DNA of 64,000 bases from Candidatus Poribacteria bacterium (lineage in GTDB: Bacteria; Poribacteria; WGA-4E; WGA-3G). The translations under genes and the position numbers were made by a program. The stretch lies in assembly GCA_963663765.2 (NCBI GenBank), contig CAXXUA010000015.1, positions 448,001-512,000 of the forward strand, written 5' to 3'. Positions 51,422-59,238 of the stretch are shown one piece after another; the first letter of the stretch is position 1, and each line of letters begins with the position of its first letter. The notes under the pieces were generated by a model. The model was not told where the DNA came from. It worked only from the letters and a program-made list of their open reading frames with translations, and ran no database searches.

Positions 51422-54328
51422 TCATCTAACAGAACGTATGGTAGCGGTCCTGGCTTCTGAAGGGTTTTCTTCAAGCGATGTGTGAAATATTCCGCGTTCT
51501 TCGGTACCGATGTAAAGTTTATCTTGGCTGGCAGAAAGAGATATAACCTTATTAGGAATATTACTTAAGATTTGTTCCCAACTACCGCGAGGATCTAAAC
51601 TGTAAACACCCGTACCGCCAATACCATAAAATTTTGATCCGTTCATAGCAAATTTATCTATGACCACAGATGTTCCGTTATGATCCGTTATGATACGCCA
51701 ATGTTCCCCAGTTTGTGAAATCATCGCACCTTTATCAGTTGCAACACAGACCGTCGCCCCTAAAAATGTAATATCCTTAATTTGGGAATAATTTGATGGA
51801 ATATTTGGTGTAATGTCTCGCCAACTTTTTCCACCATCAATGGATTGGTATAACTTACCATCCCGTTTACCTACGTAGACAACTTCCACTGAGACTGCTA
51901 ATTTAAATCCTCTGTCCAAACCTTTATTAATAAATTTGTTCATATCTGTTAATCCCGTGTCTATCACTTCTGTGTTACCGAGTGTCCATTTGAAAAGTCG
52001 CCGCATGTATTCTATGTAGAAAGTTTCACCGCTCACAGCGATTGCTCCTAATTTCTGTTTTCTTTCAGTATTTGATAAATTTATGTTGTTCAAATCCTCA
52101 CTGTTTGTCCACAGTGTTGGGTCATAAATTCTATGAACCATTGAGAACACACCATCGTTAGTTCGTAAACGAAAAATGCGTAGTTCCTTTACTTGAGGTA
52201 TAATTCCGTAAAGAACGTTGTTGGCAATTATCAACTTTGAGTCAGTAAAATGATTATCAAGTTGATCTCCGATACTTGTTAGTTCTGGCGTAAACTCGCC
52301 ATAATCAATGCGAACTTCTTCCCACGAGTTTCCATTATCAGCAGATTTGTAAAATCCTGTTCCGGTATATACATAGAGCTTGTTATCAAAAACAACTATA
52401 TCTCGTACTTTGGTTTTCACCATACCATTTGTAAATGGATGCCATGAGTCACCACCATCAGTTGTGCGGAGAATACCTGAAGTACCCACCTTGTAAAAAG
52501 TATTATCGTTTACTGCTAAGACTGTAGAATAAGTTGATGGAAGTAAGTTTATATTAAGTCCGAGGTTTGTCCAAGTTTGACCGTTATCTTTCGATCTGAA
52601 CGTTGGAATACCTAATACTAAAAGCGTTTTATCAACAGCAGAAATCTTTGTAGGACCCATAAACAACGGTCCTGTGTTAACATCTATATCTTTAGGTGTT
52701 ATTTCGCGCCACGTAGAACCTAAGTCGACTGAATGGTAAATCTTGCGATACTTATTGTTGGGTGAGTTTGATTCCAAATATTCAGGACTAAGAAAATCTG
52801 AACCTGTCACGACATACAGATTGTTGTCAAAAACTGCCATTGAGTGAACAGTATTTTGTGGGTCCACTGACAATCGATCCCACAATCCAGAATTTAAGCG
52901 ATAAAGACCTTGGTTTGTTCCAATAAAAACAGAGTCGCTAATCTTAGCAACTGCAGAAATTTTCTTTCCTATCAACCCATTATTCAGAGGTATCCACTTT
53001 TTACCAGCATCAGTTGATCGAAAAACGCCTTCATTTCTCAAAGCAAGGTACATTAAAAAGTTTTCTTGTGTATTACCTCTTATTACTAATCCAACAGCAT
53101 CTCCGTTTGGTCGAGCACAGAATTTATTCCAAGTCTCGCCATCATCCTTTGAAGCCAATATCTCATTCGTATTGACAGAATAGATAACGCCACGATGTTC
53201 AGTTATGGGTGAGCGATAAGTGTTAATAGGTATATTTGTATTGATATTCATCCATGCAGTATTATCTTTCGTTAACCTATAAATACCTGTTCTTGAAACT
53301 GCGTGGATGTTATTATCTGAAGTCGCGAAGATATTAGATAAAGGAGACCCTTCTGGTCCATTTGCTTGTGTCCACTGAACAGCTGATGAATTAAGCGTGT
53401 TTTCTTGAACATTGGCTGCTAAGTCGGCATCAGAAGCAATTGTACCAGCCCCTTCATTTTTAATGTTGGTAACACTTCTTCCAATATTGTTTCGTACAGC
53501 TGGGTTCGAAACAATATCAATGTGTATAGGTGATTCCACTATTTCAACAGTCGGTTCAGAGAGGGCGTCAAAATTATACAGCATCTGAAAGTGCGCAATA
53601 TATTGGTTCATTGCTCCAAGTAATAACATAACCAACACAGCAGCTGTACCTAAAGCTGCCCACGGTAGCACAGGTTTTGCTACGGGTGGCGTGGGTTTTA
53701 TATCAGCAATTTTCTGCATGATATTCTCTGTTAGATCAGTAGATAATTGCACACCACCAAGATGTTCGGTGATTAAAAGTTCTCCTTCTGCTTTCAAACG
53801 GTTTCGCGCCCGTCGAATCTTGCTCTTAATTGTGTTCACGGATACACCTAAGGTTTTACCTATATCCTGTGCAGTCATTTCGCCGAGATAATAGAGGGAC
53901 ATTACTGTACGTTCACTCTCTGGTAATTTCTTCAACAACGCTTTGACGATTGTGCTGTTGTTCTCGGCAGCTTCTTTTTCCCGTTGTTCCGATTCATAAT
54001 GGTTATAAAAAGTCTTTTCTATTCCTTCCACTGCAGTATCCTCTATAGATTGTATTGGGGTTTTGTTCCTTTGAAGCCAATTGATACAAAGCCGTGTCGT
54101 GATAACATATATCCATCCATCAAATTGTTTTGGATTTTTAAGTGTAGATAGTTTTTTATATACTTGGATAAAGGTATCTTGGGTAATTTCTTCAGCAATG
54201 TGGTAGTCCCCAATCTTTTTCCAAGCGATCGCGTGAACTTTCTTTTGGTACTTTTGCACTAAAAGACTAAACGCTTCTTCTTCACCATTCAAAATTCTTT
54301 GAATTATTTGAACATTACTTTCTTCCAT
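51422..54328 (-). CDS. ECF sigma factor fused to a TM helix and an extracytoplasmic BNR/Asp-box beta-propeller
   Basis: sigma2 (AEEITQDTF..F.GWIY.I..R.CINW) and sigma4 (LPESER..YYL.EMT..DI...LGVSVNTIKSKIRRAR); TM PWAALGTAAVLVMLLLG; repeated SxDxGxxW. Confidence 0.9.
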   Translation of the reverse strand: MEESNVQIIQRILNGEEEAFSLLVQKYQKKVHAIAWKKIGDYHIAEEITQDTFIQVYKKLSTLKNPKQFDGWIYVITTRLCINWLQRNKTPIQSIEDTAVEGIEKTFYNHYESEQREKEAAENNSTIVKALLKKLPESERTVMSLYYLGEMTAQDIGKTLGVSVNTIKSKIRRARNRLKAEGELLITEHLGGVQLSTDLTENIMQKIADIKPTPPVAKPVLPWAALGTAAVLVMLLLGAMNQYIAHFQMLYNFDALSEPTVEIVESPIHIDIVSNPAVRNNIGRSVTNIKNEGAGTIASDADLAANVQENTLNSSAVQWTQANGPEGSPLSNIFATSDNNIHAVSRTGIYRLTKDNTAWMNINTNIPINTYRSPITEHRGVIYSVNTNEILASKDDGETWNKFCARPNGDAVGLVIRGNTQENFLMYLALRNEGVFRSTDAGKKWIPLNNGLIGKKISAVAKISDSVFIGTNQGLYRLNSGLWDRLSVDPQNTVHSMAVFDNNLYVVTGSDFLSPEYLESNSPNNKYRKIYHSVDLGSTWREITPKDIDVNTGPLFMGPTKISAVDKTLLVLGIPTFRSKDNGQTWTNLGLNINLLPSTYSTVLAVNDNTFYKVGTSGILRTTDGGDSWHPFTNGMVKTKVRDIVVFDNKLYVYTGTGFYKSADNGNSWEEVRIDYGEFTPELTSIGDQLDNHFTDSKLIIANNVLYGIIPQVKELRIFRLRTNDGVFSMVHRIYDPTLWTNSEDLNNINLSNTERKQKLGAIAVSGETFYIEYMRRLFKWTLGNTEVIDTGLTDMNKFINKGLDRGFKLAVSVEVVYVGKRDGKLYQSIDGGKSWRDITPNIPSNYSQIKDITFLGATVCVATDKGAMISQTGEHWRIITDHNGTSVVIDKFAMNGSKFYGIGGTGVYSLDPRGSWEQILSNIPNKVISLSASQDKLYIGTEERGIFHTSLEENPSEARTATIRSVR

Positions 54329-54350
54329 TAAATAACTCCATCGGTTAATC

Positions 54351-54510
54351 TAATACCAATTCAAATAAATCTTGTCTCATTAAGGAATTCTACTTTTTAC
54401 TGGCAGGGGGTTACTCTCTTCGGTAGGAGCGACCTCACGGTCGCGACCGTGAGGTCACTCCTACCAGATTTCCGCTGCTAATGAGACATTAGCACATGAA
54501 AATGTTATTA
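54351..54510. mobile_element. 160-bp MITE (family H), copy 2, between the ECF gene and its promoter motif
   Basis: Inverted near-identical copy of 29518-29677. Confidence 0.75.
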
Positions 54511-54556
54511 CACAACAGTTTTATTTAAACAGACTATTATCTACTTTTAATATTAA

Positions 54557-54584
54557 GACACAGTTTTTGGTCAAAAAGGGTGCA
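54557..54584 (-). promoter_or_regulatory. ECF-type promoter motif upstream of the ECF sigma gene (autoregulatory candidate)
   Basis: Minus strand TGCACC ctttttgaccaaaaact GTGTC ttaat. Confidence 0.75.
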
Positions 54585-54691
54585 AAAAAGAAAAAAAGAT
54601 TATAAAAACATAAAAATAATATTTGTTTGTGGTGGCAAAATAATATAATAAAGCAATTGATACTATCAGTCAAGTTCAAAGGTTCAAAGAA

Positions 54692-55666
54692 CAGGGTTAT
54701 TCAGTTTCATAATTTTTGGATTTTTCCAAAAAGAACCCCGCGGTAGGAGCGACCTCCCGGTCGCGATTTTCTCAGAAAACGACTAAAATGCTAAAAACTA
54801 AATAACCCTGGTTCAAAGGCAGGGTTATTCAGTTTCATAATTTTTGGATTTTTCCAAAAAGAACCCCGCGGTAGGAGCGACCTCCCGGTCGCGATTTTCT
54901 CAGAAAACGACTAAAATGCCAAAAACTAAATAACCCTGGTTCAAAGGGGTGTGTAAAGTTTTTGCACAGAGGTACTAACTTTTGTTCTCTTTAGTCCCGT
55001 AGGGACGCAATGTTTATAGAAAGACGTTATCACATCCCCTCTCTTTAGTTCCGTAGGAACGACATAGAAGGATAAACATATCGTCCCTACCAAATCAACG
55101 CCAAATGCGCCAAATCAACGGTATGAATGCCATTAAGGCATTCCCCGTATGGCATTTGTCGGGACTAAAAAGACGTGGGGATATGTATTTCTATAAACAT
55201 ATCGTCCCTACGGGACTGAAGAATATGGTTAATATTAACAATATTTCTTTATATTGACACCTAATGAAGTTTGAGAATCAAAATCGGCAGTTGAATTCGT
55301 AGGGGTTGGGTTCCCCAACCCGTTTGGTTATTAAGTTTGCGTAGATCGGGCGTGGCAACCACGCCCCATAGGCGTCAATTTAAGGATTTTCACCTCTTGT
55401 GGGAGGGGTTTTCAACCCCGATTTTTTAGTGCATTTCCGCTCAAATTGAGGTTGAAATCCCCTCCCACAAGAAAAATGACAACAATATTTTCTTAAATTG
55501 ACGCCTATGGGGTGTGGCAACCACGCCCCTACGAATATACAACTTGAACGTCAAAACTCATTATGGCTCTGTGTCCCGCAATCTCTCATTTAATCAGTTG
55601 GGGCGGGCACAGAGCCCCGCCCTACAATGAAGAATGAGTAGTTTGTGCAAAAACTTTACACACCCC
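54692..55666. repeat. Tandem family-A MITEs followed by a nested family-B element
   Basis: Two about 128-bp family-A units separated by GTTCAAAGG direct repeats; then ggggtgtgtaaagtttttgcaca ... tgtgcaaaaactttacacacccc enclosing taggcgtcaatttaag / cttaaattgacgccta and other palindromes. Confidence 0.75.
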
Positions 55667-55847
55667 TTCAAAGAAATTGCTTTCATTACACCAGAAGAAT
55701 TCAATTCTCCAACAGTCGTAAAACTATTGGTCCAGTAGAACTTACTAACCCCAGAACTGTCAATTTTGGGATTATTATAGGTTTCAACCGTACTTTACCA
55801 ACATTCATTATGCTGAACACTTAACGATTCTGACAAATTTCACTTTT

Positions 55848-55875
55848 TGCACCCTTTCCACCTTTTCACTGTGTC
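55848..55875 (+). promoter_or_regulatory. ECF-type promoter motif upstream of the peptide operon
   Basis: TGCACC ctttccaccttttcact GTGTC atgaat. Confidence 0.72.
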
Positions 55876-56004
55876 ATGAATTATGGAAGCTGATTTACCT
55901 AATGACAAAACGTAAGTTTTGGACATTGTCAATAGGAAACTTCCATAGTATTAGCACAGTCATTAACGGACGAAATGACCGGAAAAGAAAGGAGGTGAAC
56001 CCTA

Positions 56005-56253
56005 ATGTATAAAAGATTACGCAATAAAATTAGCGAATTTATCAACTCTGAAGAAGGAAAAGTAGGAGTCAAAACTTCGTTATCATTTGGTTTGGTAGGC
56101 GGAGGATTACTGCTAATGCAAACAATGTTTCCTCTCGCTGCTAAGGCGGGATATGAGTGTTGGAGTAATGATAATTGTGCAGATGACGAAAAATGTGTTT
56201 TTTTTCAAGATGAGTATACAGGTGAATGGTACTCTGAGTGTGTTGATGTCTAA
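56005..56253 (+). CDS. 82-aa precursor peptide: Flp-pilin-like leader + hydrophobic segment + 4-Cys acidic core
   Basis: Strong RBS AAAGGAGGTG; MYKRLRNKISEFINSEEG|KVGV..., AAKA|GYECWSNDNCADDEKC...C; followed by a hairpin. Confidence 0.8.
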   Translation: MYKRLRNKISEFINSEEGKVGVKTSLSFGLVGGGLLLMQTMFPLAAKAGYECWSNDNCADDEKCVFFQDEYTGEWYSECVDV

Positions 56254-56272
56254 CACGTGATTAAATCATTTC

Positions 56273-56309
56273 AAATGGTTCCGCTGCTTTGAACAGTGGA
56301 ACCAATTTT
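56273..56309 (+). terminator. Probable intrinsic terminator after the peptide gene
   Basis: GGTTCCGCTG-ctttgaa-CAGTGGAACC followed by AATTTT. Confidence 0.6.
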
Positions 56310-56412
56310 ATTGTGTTAAATGAAAGCACGGAATTTGTTTATCAATGTAAAATACACAACGTTCTTAATGATAGGTATGTAATAAATATTCTGGAAACTA
56401 TGGTGAAATTTA

Positions 56413-56638
56413 GAGTTATTTACACATTCCGGATTTGTAGGAGGGAACTCCGATTCCCGATTACGAGTTATTTACACATTCCGGATTTGTAGGAGGGAAC
56501 TCCGATTCCCGATTACGAGTTATTTACACATTCCGGATTTGTAGGAGGGAACTCCGATTCCCGATTACGAGTTATTTACACATTCCGGATTTGTAGGAGG
56601 GAACTCCGATTCCCGATTACGAGTTATTTACTCCTACA
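56413..56638. repeat. 52-bp tandem repeat x4 of a REP-like half-element
   Basis: Identical units (core TGTAGGAGGGAACTCCGATTCCCGA), closed by a single CTCCTACA. Confidence 0.9.
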
Positions 56639-56692
56639 GGTAGGGTGTACAATTATTTCAATAATTCACCATAAAAGGAGAAACGCTTCAAA

Positions 56693-57694
56693 ATGAAACG
56701 AACATTTGTGTATATTATATTAGGGACTATGTTATTCAACGGCCTATTATTTAGTAACGTACAAGCTGCTGAACATTCTGTTCTTTCCTTTCTTTCTAAC
56801 GAGAAAGGGGATTTTGACATATTCATCATAGATACTGACGGTAGAGTCCGTGAACGGATTGTAACGGATGCGATGAGAAAAAGTTCGCTCACATGTTCTC
56901 CTAAAGGTTATCTTTTTGCTTATTCATCAAATGAAAACGCTAATCTTGATATTTATAAAATGGATATTAGGAATAAAATATCAATACAGTTGACACTGCA
57001 TCCTGAGAGGGATCTATGGCCATCTTGGTCCCCTAATGGACAATGGATTGCCTTTGTCTCTGATCGGGAAGGAACTCAAGATATTTATAGAATGGATGCT
57101 GACGGTTCCAACTTAATAAGATTAACTGACCAAGGACACAACGGGATACCCTCTTGGTCTCCTGATAGTCGGTTGATCGCTTTTGATTCTGATAGGGAAG
57201 AAAATCATTCTATCTATAGCATGAATGCTGATGGTGGACAGTTAAAACAACTGACAGAGGATCTACCACTGGGACCAGGTTGTACGTGGTCACCAGATGG
57301 AAAACAGATTGCCTATGCTGCAGGAGATTTTAGCGCAGAAGGTGTTGATATTTTTACAATTGATGTCAATGAAAAAAATATCACCAAATTAACTAACATG
57401 GGGAGAGGAATCCGATCTGGTAATCCCGTATGGTCACCCGATGGTGACTTGATTGCCTATTCAATTGTGGAGGTCGAAGAGTGGCCAAACCCCGCTAACG
57501 GATTCAGACTTATTTTTGGCGACAGCACAATTTATCTCGTGGATAGCACAGGTAATGGTGATGAAAAACCGCTTAAAGAGACAACGGGTCTTTCCAACGA
57601 TCATGTGCCTGTCTGGATACCAAAAGGTTTTTTCTCAGTTTCACCAGATAAAACTAAACAGATAATCACCTGGGGAAAACTCAAACAACCATAA
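56693..57694 (+). CDS. Secreted TolB-like PD40-repeat protein with C-terminal VSP....TWGKLK motif
   Basis: Signal peptide; repeated P.WSPDG..IA(F/Y); ends FSVSPDKTKQIITWGKLKQP. Confidence 0.88.
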   Translation: MKRTFVYIILGTMLFNGLLFSNVQAAEHSVLSFLSNEKGDFDIFIIDTDGRVRERIVTDAMRKSSLTCSPKGYLFAYSSNENANLDIYKMDIRNKISIQLTLHPERDLWPSWSPNGQWIAFVSDREGTQDIYRMDADGSNLIRLTDQGHNGIPSWSPDSRLIAFDSDREENHSIYSMNADGGQLKQLTEDLPLGPGCTWSPDGKQIAYAAGDFSAEGVDIFTIDVNEKNITKLTNMGRGIRSGNPVWSPDGDLIAYSIVEVEEWPNPANGFRLIFGDSTIYLVDSTGNGDEKPLKETTGLSNDHVPVWIPKGFFSVSPDKTKQIITWGKLKQP

Positions 57695-57734
57695 GTATTA
57701 GAAAACCAACCCAACTATAGTTTTAACATAAAAT

Positions 57735-58868
57735 ATGTCTTACTACGAATACTATCTCATTATTCTAACGCTTATTTTTTGTGGATACGCCTGTTACACA
57801 GATATAAAAACACAGAAAATTCGTAATATTTGTTCTTTCGGACTTCTTTATGCTGGAATACTCAGCCAACTTATGGCGTGGTACCTTGGCAAAACAACAC
57901 CGTTTAACATATCCGGGCTGTTTCTTGGAAGTGGAATCGCAGCATTTACTTTTTATTGGTTCGGTATTTTCTCACCAGGGGATTCCAAGCTCTTTTGGGG
58001 TCTCTGTATGATTTTTCCACCGCCACTTTTTGCGCTCTTGAATGGAACAGCAAGTTTTCCACCATTGATACTTGCACTTAATATCATCATTCCTTACACA
58101 ATAGGAGTCCTGGGATATCTACTGTTAAAATTATTTATGGGACACAATAAGTTGGAGTTCCTAAGTAATCTCCTTTTGAAAACCCTTCAAAAAGAGATAC
58201 TTTTACAGCGAATCTTCAACTTATTGCTTTTAATAGGTATAGGTTCTACGATTACTTATATTTCTAAATTGTTTGAATGGGAAATAAATAGACCCTTACA
58301 GATCGGTTTGGTCTTAATGACATTTATGTCAGCACGAAAATTGCTGTCACGTTTGCCCAAAACGCAGATCTATTATGCGGTAATTGGATTCGCTTGTATT
58401 TGGATTTCATTAAAAGCAAGCACATCAATAACAGGAGTTATCTACAGTATTGCTTTTTTCTTATTTTTATATTTTGTCATTTTCGTCATTGCTAAACAAT
58501 TGGTTCTTGGATTAGCAATGACGTTGGAGCGAAATATTGATATAGAAAACCTAAAAATCGGTATGATCCCAGCAGAGCAAATCATTCAGAAAACACTTCA
58601 AGACGGTGTTGCCTGTTATGAAAAACAACAAGCAACATTTTCAAGTGGAATAATGGATAACATTATTATTTCACCCAGTGCTACCGGTCTTAGTAAGGAA
58701 GAGATAGCAGAATTGAAAAAACTGGCAGATCAGGGGGAGTTCATAAAGTATAAAAACAAAATCAAAATCCAACCTGACATTTGCTTTGCACCAGTTATCA
58801 CTGTTGGGGCATTACTAACTATTCTCTGCCAAGGTCCGTTTTATCTCAAATTAGCACAAATATTTTAA
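57735..58868 (+). CDS. Prepilin peptidase (A24 family) with extra TMs and a FlaK/EppA-like C-terminal region
   Basis: Both catalytic Asp motifs YTDIKTQKIRN and PGDSKL; LKIGMIPAE; C-terminal ICFAPVITVG. Confidence 0.82.
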   Translation: MSYYEYYLIILTLIFCGYACYTDIKTQKIRNICSFGLLYAGILSQLMAWYLGKTTPFNISGLFLGSGIAAFTFYWFGIFSPGDSKLFWGLCMIFPPPLFALLNGTASFPPLILALNIIIPYTIGVLGYLLLKLFMGHNKLEFLSNLLLKTLQKEILLQRIFNLLLLIGIGSTITYISKLFEWEINRPLQIGLVLMTFMSARKLLSRLPKTQIYYAVIGFACIWISLKASTSITGVIYSIAFFLFLYFVIFVIAKQLVLGLAMTLERNIDIENLKIGMIPAEQIIQKTLQDGVACYEKQQATFSSGIMDNIIISPSATGLSKEEIAELKKLADQGEFIKYKNKIKIQPDICFAPVITVGALLTILCQGPFYLKLAQIF

Positions 58869-58914
58869 AGTTATAAAAGGGAGGGGATGGTGGATTATAC
58901 AATTAAATCTACAT

Positions 58915-59203
58915 TCTGAGTTGTAGGAGGGAACTCCGATTCCCGACTATCAAAGTTTTTGGTCGCGATCTGAGTTGTAGGAGGGAACTCCGATTCCCGA
59001 CTATCAAAGTTTTTGGTCGTGATCTGAGTTGTAGGAGGGAACTCCGATTCCCGACTATCAAAGTTTTTGGTCACGATCTGAGTTGTAGGAGGGAACTCCG
59101 ATTCCCGACTATCAAAGTTTTTGGTCGCGATCTGAGTTGTAGGAGGGAACTCCGATTCCCGACTATCAAAGGTTTTGGTCACGATTCAGAGATCGCTCCT
59201 ACA
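58915..59203. repeat. 54-bp tandem repeat x5 of the same REP-like half-element
   Basis: Units at 58915, 58969, 59023, 59077 and 59131; same core as the 56413 array; closed by CTCCTACA. Confidence 0.9.
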
Positions 59204-59238
59204 ATTAAGATGTCCAATTATTTCCATATTTCACCATA

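Noticed and set aside
56413-56638. Possible CRISPR array
   Set aside because: The units are identical with no unique spacers and no cas genes; it is a tandem REP-like repeat.
56005-58868. Canonical Tad/Flp pilus locus
   Set aside because: The peptide lacks the Glu+5/Tyr Flp motif, and no tad assembly genes are in the window; it cannot be excluded that they lie elsewhere.
58895-59182. 95-aa repetitive ORF / possible CRISPR
   Set aside because: It is the translation of the 54-bp tandem repeat on the opposite strand; there are no variable spacers.
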